From: an uncultured Candidatus Binatia bacterium | Lineage (GTDB): Bacteria; Desulfobacterota; Binatia; UBA9968; JAJDTQ01 | NCBI GenBank assembly: GCA_965242525.1 | Contig: OZ251459.1 | Location: forward strand, 800,001 to 864,000 | Reading direction: 5' to 3' | Length of the DNA stretch: 64,000 nt | Shown: positions 52,404-61,274 of the stretch, one piece after another | Layout: the number at the start of each line of letters is the position of its first letter | How positions within the stretch are numbered: position 1 is the stretch's first letter | Notes under the pieces: generated by a model | What the model was told of the DNA's origin: nothing | The model's input: the letters and a program-made list of their open reading frames with translations, nothing else | The model's database searches: none | Made by a program: the position numbers and the translations under genes

Positions 52404-52630
52404 CCCGTCATCCCCGCGAAAGCCCTGTCTCGTCATTCCCGCGAAAGCGGGAATCCAGACCTTGCGAGAAAACCCCATGGGCACCCTGTATGAGAGGTTT
52501 GTACAACGAGGGCGAGGAAAGCGGATTCCTGCCCTCGCTTCCGCGAGGACATGCTTTCGCGGGAATGACGGCCTGACCTCTGTCGCTCCCCTTTCCCTCC
52601 TGCATTACCACACGAAAGCCTGAAGATCCG
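52404..52630. repeat. Family B composite repeat
   Basis: GTCATTCCCGCGAAAGCGGGAATCCAG...TTTCGCGGGAATGAC...CGAAAGCCTGAAGA; closely matches 56571-56802. Confidence 0.88.
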
Positions 52631-52633
52631 TAT

Positions 52634-53029
52634 TTACAACGTGGGCACGACAGCGGATTCGATGATACGCCGGTCGTGCGTCATCACCGTTGCGCCGAGA
52701 AGTTGGGCCGAGGCGACGATGATGCGGTCGGCTGGGTCACGCGGAAAGAACGCTGGAAGGTTGGCTACGGCAGCCGCGATGGCGGGTGAGATGCCGACCC
52801 GCTGCATCAGCGGTGGCGCGGTCGCAGCTTCGAGCCATTCCCTCAGAGGCAGCGGCAGGGAGATACGTTTGAGATGATGCAGCGTCGCTATCTCCCACAA
52901 CGTGATATCGGACACCCACAACGGATTCTCCGTACTTGCTTGTCCGAGAACCTCTTTCTGTTCCGGGGACAGGCGTTGCTCTGTCCCCAGCCAGTAAACC
53001 AGGACATGCGTATCGAGGAGGAACTTCAC
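52634..53029 (-). CDS. VapC family PIN-domain toxin
   Basis: FLLDTHVLV, TLWEI, DPADRII, THD. Confidence 0.92.
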   Translation of the reverse strand: MKFLLDTHVLVYWLGTEQRLSPEQKEVLGQASTENPLWVSDITLWEIATLHHLKRISLPLPLREWLEAATAPPLMQRVGISPAIAAAVANLPAFFPRDPADRIIVASAQLLGATVMTHDRRIIESAVVPTL

Positions 53030-53274
53030 TCGATTTGGTCTTGTTCCGCACCCCCAAGGTCGGCTTCCAGCACCGGACTGACGATATCCCCGTGGATTTC
53101 CACGGTTCCGAACAGGGCCTCCTGCGGGTAGCGATACTGTTCGGGAACCGGTGGAACGAGCCGGGCGACCGGCTTGCCGCGTTTCGTGATCGTTACGGCC
53201 TGTCCGGACTGCGCGACCTGCTCAAGGATTGCCAGGCACTTGGCCTTGAATTCCGAAGCGTTGATTTCCTTCAT
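53026..53274 (-). CDS. Phd/YefM family antitoxin
   Basis: ASEFKAKCL, ITKRGKPVARLVP; 4-bp overlap with the toxin gene. Confidence 0.92.
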   Translation of the reverse strand: MKEINASEFKAKCLAILEQVAQSGQAVTITKRGKPVARLVPPVPEQYRYPQEALFGTVEIHGDIVSPVLEADLGGAEQDQIE

Positions 53275-53334
53275 GGGACTACCCTATAGGACCGATCTCG
53301 ATAATCAACATCGCTTCCCGGCCCCGACCCCGCC

Positions 53335-54654
53335 TCACGCATACCGCGACATGGTCACCGGCGTGTACTCGTCCGGGGCCTGGGTGACGACGAGTCGGGG
53401 TTCGATGCCGTAGAGGCGGCGGGCGTTGCCGCCGAGCATCTTTTCCTGGGCTTGGCGGGGGACTTTCCACTTGTTCATGTTGTCCATGGCCTCCCACACG
53501 TCCGCGGCGTCCAGGTGGGGCATGTCGGAGGACCACAGGCCGATGTCCTCGTACAGGTCCCAGAGCCGGAAGGTGATCTCCTCGTCGCCTTCGAAGGCGA
53601 TGAAGCAGCTCTTGTAGAAGACCTCCTTTGGGTCGCCGATGTTCTCGTTGGTGTGCCGGTAGAGCTCCAGGTAGCCTTCGGCCTTTTCCAGCACCAGCGG
53701 CAGCCAACTGGAGTTGGATTCCAGGATGGCCACCTTGAGGCGCGGGAACTTCTCCAGCCATCCGGTCATCAGCACCACGCCGGTCCAGGTCATGGCCTCG
53801 GCGATGAAGCCGTAGGCGGCGTCGCCGGCCTGCCGGGACCCCATGGCCTGCATGATGTTGGCCACGAACTGGCCGGGCGAATAGACGAGGATGTCCTCGT
53901 CGCCGAAGAGCCGCTTCCGGTCCGCGCCCATGCGTTCCGCCAGCCCCTGCGACATGGCCTCCCCCCGGGACGGGAACGTGTGCATGCCCAGCACCACCCC
54001 CAGCTCCTCGAACTCCTTCCACAGGGGGTCGAACTCGGGGAAGGTGGGGTAGCGGCCGAGGGCGATGATGGGCCGCACCAGGGCGGACTTGAAGCCCCGC
54101 TTGGCGACCCGCCGCAGCTCGTCGATGGCCCGGTCCACGTCCTGCAGGGGCAGGACCGCGGCCGGGTACATTCTCTTCCGGTCGGCGCCGCAGTAGTCGT
54201 AAACCCAGTCGTTGTAGGCCCGGGCGCACAGGTGGGCCGCCTCGGCGTTCTCCACCAGCGGCAGATAGACGAACGTCGAGGGGAAGATCATGACCTGGTC
54301 GATGCCGGACGCATCCATGTCCTTGAGCCTGACGTGCGGGTCCCGGGCGCTGGCGTTGCGTCCGATCTTCTCGTCCCATTCCCTGGTGCCGGGCCGGGTG
54401 TTGCCGATCTCCTGCTTGGTCAGTCCCGGGTGCCAGGTCTCCGCGGGATACTTCCACTCGTTGGGACTCCGGAAACTGATGCGGGAGTTTCGCACCAGCA
54501 CCAGGCGGTCCGCGTCCCGGTAGAAGTGCGTCTTGGCGAGCTCCCGGTGGCGTTCGGGAATGTACTTGTCCCAGACCTCGGGGGGTTCGTAGATATGGCT
54601 GTCACAATCGAACACCGGGAAATCCTTGGTGCGGCCCTTTGCGCTGTACGCCAT
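53335..54654 (-). CDS. Amidohydrolase_2 family protein
   Basis: FDCDSHIYE, RAYNDW, ILESNSSWL, WSSDMPH. Confidence 0.9.
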   Translation of the reverse strand: MAYSAKGRTKDFPVFDCDSHIYEPPEVWDKYIPERHRELAKTHFYRDADRLVLVRNSRISFRSPNEWKYPAETWHPGLTKQEIGNTRPGTREWDEKIGRNASARDPHVRLKDMDASGIDQVMIFPSTFVYLPLVENAEAAHLCARAYNDWVYDYCGADRKRMYPAAVLPLQDVDRAIDELRRVAKRGFKSALVRPIIALGRYPTFPEFDPLWKEFEELGVVLGMHTFPSRGEAMSQGLAERMGADRKRLFGDEDILVYSPGQFVANIMQAMGSRQAGDAAYGFIAEAMTWTGVVLMTGWLEKFPRLKVAILESNSSWLPLVLEKAEGYLELYRHTNENIGDPKEVFYKSCFIAFEGDEEITFRLWDLYEDIGLWSSDMPHLDAADVWEAMDNMNKWKVPRQAQEKMLGGNARRLYGIEPRLVVTQAPDEYTPVTMSRYA

Positions 54655-54733
54655 GATGACCTCCTGCAAGGCGGGTTATGGATCGAATTGTAGCGAGTGG
54701 GGCGAATGTACGTATGAACGCCGTTCCCGGAAG

Positions 54734-55582
54734 CTACTTCCGGTCGGGCCAGGCCGCCCGGGAAGCAAGGTCCTGCCAAGCCGCGGGCCGGCAGACGGCC
54801 TTGGCGGCTTCGTCGGGCGCCAGGGTCGTGTCCCAGTCGTTGCCCACGAAGCGGCAGCCGGTGACGCCCCGGGAGGCGTCGGAGACCAGCCACCGGATGG
54901 GCGCGGCCATGACCTCGGGTTGCACCAGCCTGGCCCGGTCGAAGGGCGCGTTCTCGGGGATGAAGGAAGTGTTGGTAGGGCCGCCGGGCACCAGCACGTT
55001 GACGGTGACGCCGGCGCCTTCCAGGTCCCGGGCCCAGCTTGCGGACGCGGCCTCCAGCGCGGCCTTGGACATGCCGTAAGGGGTGTAGGCGCCCCGGAAC
55101 ATGGTGTCGAGGCTCGTGGTCACGTTGACGATGCGTCCGGACCCCTGTTCCACCAAGTGCGGGGCCACGGCCCGGGCCATGAGGAAGGCCCCTTTCCAGT
55201 TCACGTCCATGACCGCCTGCCAGCGGTCGGGCTCCACTTCCCAGAAGCGTACCGGCTCGCTCATGTAGTCGGGGCTCACGGTCTGCATGCCGATGCCGGC
55301 CGCGTTGACCAGCGCGTCCACGCGCCCGAACCGCTCCAGCACGGCGCAGACCACCCGCTCGCAGTCGTCCGCCTCCGTGATGTCCGCGGCGAGGGTGGCG
55401 AGCGCCCCTTCGTGGGCCAAGCCCGCGGTGCGCCGCGCCACGGCCTCCAATCGCTCCTCCCGGTTGTCCACCACCGCCACCCGGGCGCCGTCCTCCAGCA
55501 GGGCCAGGGTCATGACCGTGCCCATGCCGCCGGCGCCGCCGGTGATGATCACGACCTTGTGGCTCAGGGGTCTTTCCGGCAT
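54734..55582 (-). CDS. Short-chain dehydrogenase/reductase
   Basis: TGGAGGMG, VNAAG, YGMSK. Confidence 0.92.
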   Translation of the reverse strand: MPERPLSHKVVIITGGAGGMGTVMTLALLEDGARVAVVDNREERLEAVARRTAGLAHEGALATLAADITEADDCERVVCAVLERFGRVDALVNAAGIGMQTVSPDYMSEPVRFWEVEPDRWQAVMDVNWKGAFLMARAVAPHLVEQGSGRIVNVTTSLDTMFRGAYTPYGMSKAALEAASASWARDLEGAGVTVNVLVPGGPTNTSFIPENAPFDRARLVQPEVMAAPIRWLVSDASRGVTGCRFVGNDWDTTLAPDEAAKAVCRPAAWQDLASRAAWPDRK

Positions 55583-55667
55583 CCTGCGGCTCCCTTCCTC
55601 CAATCCCCATGAGGCCGCGGGCCGCACGCGGGCAGGGCCGCGGCCCCTCGGTGCGGCGCCGGGGGCG

Positions 55668-56477
55668 TCATCCCGCCTGCTCGTTGGCCTTGTACTGCCG
55701 GTGGTTCCGGTCCAGGGCCGCGAGACATTCCGGGTCGAAGTCCCGCTGCGCCACGGGCTCGGGTTCCCAGTAGCCGTGCGTGTCCTCGCCCCGCAGCAGC
55801 GCCGCGGTGGCGTGGTCGAACAGGGTCTGGCGCACGTGCGGCGCGATGAAATGGATCGAGTAGCCCAGCCGCCGGTGGTCCGAGTCGTTGGGGTTGGAGC
55901 CGTGGACCACGGTCTCGCTGTGGAACGAGATCTCGCCGGCTTCCAGCACCACGTCCACCGCCCGGGACTCGTCCACATCCTCCACGGTCTGGCCCCTGGA
56001 CAGGAGGTTGTCCTTCTCGAAGGTCTCCACGTGCTTTCGGGCGCCCCGTGCGTGGGAGCCGGGCAGCACCCGCATGCAGCCGCTCTCCACCGTGCTGTCG
56101 GTAAAGGCGAACCACGCGGTCAGGGTCTCCCGGGGCTCCAGGCCGTAGTAGGTGGTGTCCTGGTGCCAGGAGACGAAGCGGGGGTCCCGGGCGTTCTTGG
56201 TGAAGAAGCTGGATCCCCAGCACAGGATGTTCGGGCCGATGACGTCCTCCACCGCGTCGAGCATCCAGGGATGGCGGATGAGCTCGTTGAGCCAGGGGAA
56301 GGGGAGGTGGGCCTTGATGCGGTACCGCTGCTGTATCTCCCCGCCGATGGTCCGCTCCACCTCCTCCAGTTTCCGCCGCAACTCGCCCGCGGATCCCCGG
56401 TCCATCACCCGGACCGGGAACAGGAACCCGTCCCGGCGGTAGGCGTCCACCTGCTCTTGCGTCAGCACCCTGGGCAT
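55668..56477 (-). CDS. Phytanoyl-CoA dioxygenase (PhyH) family protein
   Basis: WHQD, GCMRVLPGSH, HGSNPN, RR. Confidence 0.92.
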   Translation of the reverse strand: MPRVLTQEQVDAYRRDGFLFPVRVMDRGSAGELRRKLEEVERTIGGEIQQRYRIKAHLPFPWLNELIRHPWMLDAVEDVIGPNILCWGSSFFTKNARDPRFVSWHQDTTYYGLEPRETLTAWFAFTDSTVESGCMRVLPGSHARGARKHVETFEKDNLLSRGQTVEDVDESRAVDVVLEAGEISFHSETVVHGSNPNDSDHRRLGYSIHFIAPHVRQTLFDHATAALLRGEDTHGYWEPEPVAQRDFDPECLAALDRNHRQYKANEQAG

Positions 56478-56570
56478 TTCCTCCTCCGCTGGCGGCGCCG
56501 GTCCCCCGGTCCGCGCCAGCCTACCGGCCAATCTGACCCCGGCAGCGCCGTCTGTCAACCCGCGCCAACT

Positions 56571-56802
56571 CCGTCATTCCCGCAGACGCCCGCCTCGTCA
56601 TTCCGGCAGAGTCCGCTTCGTCATTCCCGCGAAGGCGGGAATCCAGACCTTGCGAGCAAACCCCATGGGCCCTCCCTGTATGAGCGATGAAAGTGGATTC
56701 CTGCCCCCGCTTCCGCGAGGACATGCTTTCGCGGGAATGACGGCATGACTCCCGTCGCTCCGCTTTCCCTCCTGCCTTACCCATACGAAAGCCTGAAGAG
56801 CC
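56571..56802. repeat. Family B composite repeat
   Basis: Three GTCATTCC half-sites, a full palindrome, an inverted partner and terminal CCTGAAGAGCC. Confidence 0.88.
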
Positions 56803-56870
56803 TTCGTTGATAATGGGCTCCGATTGTGGCACAGTCCACGAAAATCAACGGTGTCCGGTCAAGCATGGAA

Positions 56871-56972
56871 CGAATCAAGCTCTCCAACGCTCCTTTCTTC
56901 GTCGAAAAGGTCCGTGGCATCGTAGCCCCCCCCCCGGCCGGGAGACTGATCCAGGCCCTCGACCGCACCGGC
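56871..56972 (+). mobile_element. Degenerate IS630-family transposase fragment
   Basis: KLSNAPFFVEKVRGIV...IQALDRT resembles the IS630 segment KLSxDPxFVEKVRDIVGLY...QIQALDRT with an internal deletion. Confidence 0.65.
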
Positions 56973-57176
56973 ACAGAGCGCCGTCGCGCCGCTCACCGGT
57001 TTGCGAAACCCCATGTGGTAGATCTGCGCTGTCCGTGCCCGGAGACGGCTTCCGTGTCGCCCTGCCATGATACGGCGGCGTCGGGAAGGGCGCTTCCTTG
57101 TTACGATCAATGGGTCGGGGAGGATTCGACCCCCTTCGCCCAGGAAACTTCGATCTCGCCGGAGAGGAGACTTCAC

Positions 57177-58910
57177 ATGAGGAAACCCTGGACAATCATC
57201 CCCGTTCGTCCCGAGCGTAGCGGAGCGAAGTCGAAGGACGCCCTTTTCGTCCTCGCAACCGTCCTGATGATCGCGGCCCTGGCCGGTTGCGGCGGGGGCG
57301 GAGGCGGCAAGACCGCGGCGCTGCCCACGCCTGTGCCCATAGGGGAACTGCCCCAGGGTAGTATGCTGGAACCGGGCACGATCCTTCCGGGTATCAGCCG
57401 GACGCTTCAGAACCCCGACGGCACGAGGACCGTCGTTACGTGCCCGCCTGACGGCCCTGCCTGCGTAGTCACCCTTGGCCCGGACGGCGCCCCCCAATCC
57501 ACCGGCGGTACGCCCACTGTAGAGACCTTTTCGACCATCGAACTGCCTGACGGTCACGATCTGATGGCGGGCACGATCCGTGCGGGTGGCCCCCCTCGAA
57601 CGGTTCACCGAACCTTCGACACGAGGACGGTGGTCACCTGCCCGGCCGACGGCGAAGACTGCGTCGTCACCACCGTTACGGGGAACGGCGCCGAATCCAG
57701 GGGCGGTGCGCTCACGGTAACGACCTACACCACCCTGTACCTGCCGAGTCGTCATACGTTGACGGAGGCTACGACGATCCCTGCGGGTGAGGTCCGGGCG
57801 ATAGGCTATTCCAAGGGCAGGAGCCACGCCCTCGAGTGCCCGTTCGACGGCGAAGCCTGTGTGGTCACCCTTGGAGAGGACGGCGCCGCCGAATCCACGG
57901 GCGGCACGCCCTATGTCTTGATCACGATCACCAACAAGACGGTCTGGCAGGCCAACAACGGCCCTGACGGGACTTCGAACGGAGCCCATGCCAGGGGCCT
58001 CGTCGAAGAGAGGCTGCTGTCGAGCGGCGCCCTCAACAACGTGTTCACGGACGATCCCGTAAGGAGTGGCGCCAACGTGCAGAGCACTGCGAGCTCCGAG
58101 CCGTCAGTGGGCCTCACCGCTAGCTGGGCCAGCAGCGACACGGCGCCGACGTTGGGGTATGACCGGGGGTCCGGCAGCTACCCGGTTGACGAGGACAGTG
58201 AGACCCCAGCCTTGGGAGAGGGTTGGAACGGCGCCGCGCTGACCCGCAGTGCCAGTAGGGGAAGGACCGGGGTCGTCATCTACTCGAACATCGCGAAGCA
58301 GCCTGACGGGGGAAGTGTGGACCAATACTACCTGACCTTCGGAGCGTGGCTGGAGACGCCCGTCGATCCCACGGACGCTATTTGGTACAGCATGGGAGCC
58401 TTTGCGGACGGCAGCTCGGATAGTCGGATCACCAGGGCCTCGCTCAATACTAATGTCGATACGGCCACTTACGAAGGTCCGGCAACCGGTTTCTATACGA
58501 AGGCGACCTACCGCGGCTCGGGCGGCTCGCGTGCGCTGGCGAGCGCAGAGGTCGGTTCCTTCACCGCGTTGGCCAACCTGTCCGCGGACTTCGGCCTGAC
58601 CGCCAACGCCATTACCGGGTTTGGCGGAAGCGTCACCAATTTCAGGGAGAACGGCGAATCCCTCGGTGATTGGGAGTTGTCCCTGACGGAGACCTCCGAC
58701 AACATAACCGGCAACGACCAGATCTTCGTAGGCAACACTTCCGGTAGTGCGCAGGGTCGCAGCTTGACGGGCAGATGGGCAGTCGAGTTTTACCGGAACA
58801 CCGCAGGCGCAATCGCAGACCACGCTTCGGGGACGTTCAGCGCCTCCACCGCTGCTGCGAACAACGATGCCCTGTTCCTCGTCGGCGCGTTCGGCGTCGA
58901 GAAGCAATGA
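57177..58910 (+). CDS. Surface lipoprotein with three Cys-containing repeats and a TbpB-like C-terminal barrel
   Basis: AGGAGA RBS, lipobox LAGC plus poly-Gly, three CPxDGxxCVVT repeats, YLTFGAWL, ATYEGPATG, terminal GAFGVEKQ. Confidence 0.8.
   Translation: MRKPWTIIPVRPERSGAKSKDALFVLATVLMIAALAGCGGGGGGKTAALPTPVPIGELPQGSMLEPGTILPGISRTLQNPDGTRTVVTCPPDGPACVVTLGPDGAPQSTGGTPTVETFSTIELPDGHDLMAGTIRAGGPPRTVHRTFDTRTVVTCPADGEDCVVTTVTGNGAESRGGALTVTTYTTLYLPSRHTLTEATTIPAGEVRAIGYSKGRSHALECPFDGEACVVTLGEDGAAESTGGTPYVLITITNKTVWQANNGPDGTSNGAHARGLVEERLLSSGALNNVFTDDPVRSGANVQSTASSEPSVGLTASWASSDTAPTLGYDRGSGSYPVDEDSETPALGEGWNGAALTRSASRGRTGVVIYSNIAKQPDGGSVDQYYLTFGAWLETPVDPTDAIWYSMGAFADGSSDSRITRASLNTNVDTATYEGPATGFYTKATYRGSGGSRALASAEVGSFTALANLSADFGLTANAITGFGGSVTNFRENGESLGDWELSLTETSDNITGNDQIFVGNTSGSAQGRSLTGRWAVEFYRNTAGAIADHASGTFSASTAAANNDALFLVGAFGVEKQ
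57181..57243. repeat. Family A repeat translated in frame within the lipoprotein signal peptide
   Basis: GGAAACCCTGGACAA...CCGTTCGTCCCGAGCGTAGCGGAGCGAAGTCGAAGGACG. Confidence 0.8.
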
Positions 58911-58911
58911 A

Positions 58912-59056
58912 GGAACGCCTGATCGATGCGGCTTTCCCTCGGGAAAGGGCGTCCTTCGACTTCGCTTCGCTACGCTCAGGACGAACGGGGAGGGTTGCTA
59001 CGCTCGGTACGGAGAGGGGTGCTGCTCGGTACGGGGAGGGGTGCTGCGCTCGGGCA
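58912..59056. repeat. Family A repeat followed by a degenerate ~22-bp tandem repeat (about 3 copies)
   Basis: GGAACGCCTGA end, full core at about 58950-58988, then GGAGGGGTGCTGCTCGGTAC-like units. Confidence 0.75.
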
Positions 59057-59061
59057 GGCCG

Positions 59062-60252
59062 CTACAGCCGGGCCGCGGCTCGGAGGCTGGCGATCATGGA
59101 GATCCGTAGCAGGTAGTCGTAGGACTTCTTCGGGTCCGCGGCGGTCTCCCGCAGGGTTCGGCGGAACCACTCCTGCCGTCGGGGGTCCCGGGTCTCCAGG
59201 TCCAGCTTGTTGCGGGTGGAGTGCACGTTGGCGTACTCCAGCGCGATGGGACGGCGCTGGCGCTCGTAGCGGTCGAGCTCCGAGGCCGGCGCGCGCCCGC
59301 GCCAGACCCGCGCCAGTTTCTCCGCGAGGTTGCAGCCGTCGTGGATGCCGCCGTTCATGCCCATGCCGCCCAGGGGGTTGTTGATGTGGGCGGCGTCGCC
59401 GGCGAGGAACGCCCGCCCCTTCCGGTAGCGCGCGGCCACCCGCTGGTGCACCGGGTAGAGGGTCCGGTGCCGGACCGGGTAGGGCCGCCCGGTTTCCACC
59501 ACCCGCTGGAGCCGGGCCTCCACGCTGGCGTCGCCGAGCACCGCGGCGTCGCTCTCCTCCGGTCGGGCGGGGAACATCACCCGCCACAGTCCCGGCGCCC
59601 GCAGCAAGAAGAACCACTCCTCCGGGTCGGCGAAATAGCTCACCGGCGCCAGCCCGGGGATGTGCTCCTCGAACGGGAAGGGCGTGCTCACCACCAGGAA
59701 CCGTTCGGGCCAAGTGAACCCGTCGAAGGGGATGCCCAGGGCCTTGCGCACGTTGCTGCGGGCGCCGTCCGCGCCCACCAGGAAACGGCCCCGGAAGCGC
59801 CGGCGCGCGCCCCCCCGGGTCGCCACCGCGGTGACTCCCCCTGCGTCTTCCTCCACGTCCGTGACCTCGCAGGAGAAGACCACCTCGGCCCCGGGCAGGG
59901 TCGCGAGTTTTTCGTACAGCAGCCGGTTGAGCTTGAACTGCTCGCACTGGAACCGGTAGGGGTGCCCGGTGGCGTCGGCGATCTGCCCGAAGTCGAACTC
60001 CGCGATGCAGCCCGAGCGCTCCCGGTACTGGAGCCTGGGGGCCTTGATCCCCAGGGCCAGGAAGGCGTCCAGCACGCCGGTCTGCTCCAGCATGTCCAGT
60101 GTGGGGGGATGGAACGTGGAGGCGCGCAGGGTTTCCGGCAGCGCCGGCTCGGCCTCCAGGACGGTCACCGGCACGCGGCGCCGGGCCAGGTACAGGGCGG
60201 TCACCAGCCCCACGGGACCGGCCCCGGCAACGAGCACGCCCTCGGCGCCCAT
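59062..60252 (-). CDS. FAD-dependent monooxygenase (aromatic hydroxylase family)
   Basis: GAGPVG, GADGARS, AGDAAH..NPLGGMGMN. Confidence 0.93.
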   Translation of the reverse strand: MGAEGVLVAGAGPVGLVTALYLARRRVPVTVLEAEPALPETLRASTFHPPTLDMLEQTGVLDAFLALGIKAPRLQYRERSGCIAEFDFGQIADATGHPYRFQCEQFKLNRLLYEKLATLPGAEVVFSCEVTDVEEDAGGVTAVATRGGARRRFRGRFLVGADGARSNVRKALGIPFDGFTWPERFLVVSTPFPFEEHIPGLAPVSYFADPEEWFFLLRAPGLWRVMFPARPEESDAAVLGDASVEARLQRVVETGRPYPVRHRTLYPVHQRVAARYRKGRAFLAGDAAHINNPLGGMGMNGGIHDGCNLAEKLARVWRGRAPASELDRYERQRRPIALEYANVHSTRNKLDLETRDPRRQEWFRRTLRETAADPKKSYDYLLRISMIASLRAAARL

Positions 60253-60275
60253 CTCCCCCGTTCGCCCCGTCCCCG

Positions 60276-61241
60276 CTACCGGAAGTGGGGCATGACGTGC
60301 TCGTTGCACACGTCCAGGTGCTGGAACTGGTCCTTGGCCGCAAACCGGACGATGAAGGTCTGGATGCCGGCGTCGGCGTACTCGTTGATGAAGTCCACCA
60401 CCTCGCCGGTGCCGCCCGCCTTCACCACGAGCTGCCGGGACACCTCTTCGTAGGTCTTGTGGTAGTAGGCTTCCAGGAACGCGCCGCCCTCCCGGCGCGC
60501 CTTTTGGGCGTCCGGGTCCATGTGGATGGTCAGGTACAGGCAGCGGTGGATGTCGTCAGGGTTCCGTCCCGCCTCCACCGCGAAGTCTTCGAGCTTCTTC
60601 CGGGACTCCCGGAACACCGGGAGCGAGGGGATGTTGGTGATCCATGCGTCTCCGTAGCGCGCGGCCCGCCTGAGTCCCGTGTCCACGTCGTTGCTCGACA
60701 CCCAGATGGGGATCCCCGGCTTCTGCACCGGCTTGGGCAGCAGCGAGATGTCCTCGATAGTGTAGTACTTGTTGGGGCAGGTGACGTGGTCCTCGGCCCA
60801 CAGCAGCTTGAGTATGCGCAACACCTGGCTCAGGCGCCCGGCCTTCTGGTGGAACGGGACGCCGCAGGCCGTGTATTCGTCCTCGAACATCTTGTCGTTG
60901 CGGGAGACCCCGACCCCCGCCACCAGCCGTCCGCCGCACAGCACGTCCACGCTGGCCAGGGCCTGGGCCAGGACCACCGGGTTGCGCATGGCCGCCAGCA
61001 GCACCGCGGTGCCGATCCGGACCCGCTCGGTCTTCACCGCCAGCGCCCCCAGGGTGCTGATGACTTCGAGCCGCGGCTTGGCGGTGACGCTGTCGCCGAT
61101 CCAGACCGAGTCGTAGCCGGCCTTCTCCACCGCGTCGGCCAGGTGGAAGACCGGACTCAGGTCCGGGACCTCGGTTTTGGCCAGGATGACCCCGCGGGTG
61201 GGCAACAGGATGCCGAAACCGAGCTTTCCGGTAGTGGTCAT
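60276..61241 (-). CDS. LLM-class flavin-dependent oxidoreductase
   Basis: GYDSVWIGDS, IGTAVL, GGRLVAGVG, PKPVQ...PIW, RRAARYGDAW. Confidence 0.92.
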   Translation of the reverse strand: MTTTGKLGFGILLPTRGVILAKTEVPDLSPVFHLADAVEKAGYDSVWIGDSVTAKPRLEVISTLGALAVKTERVRIGTAVLLAAMRNPVVLAQALASVDVLCGGRLVAGVGVSRNDKMFEDEYTACGVPFHQKAGRLSQVLRILKLLWAEDHVTCPNKYYTIEDISLLPKPVQKPGIPIWVSSNDVDTGLRRAARYGDAWITNIPSLPVFRESRKKLEDFAVEAGRNPDDIHRCLYLTIHMDPDAQKARREGGAFLEAYYHKTYEEVSRQLVVKAGGTGEVVDFINEYADAGIQTFIVRFAAKDQFQHLDVCNEHVMPHFR

Positions 61242-61274
61242 GAGATTCCTCGCTGGCGCCGCGCCCGGGGCCTG

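Noticed and set aside
52360-52623. Small ORFs containing VIPAKAGIQ or PFVLSVAKRSRRT peptides (also 15044..15292, 4969..5175, 19784..20041)
   Set aside because: Translations of repeat families A and B rather than genes
56826-57176. N-terminal extension of the lipoprotein ORF
   Set aside because: An RBS and signal peptide point to the ATG at 57177; the extension includes an IS relic
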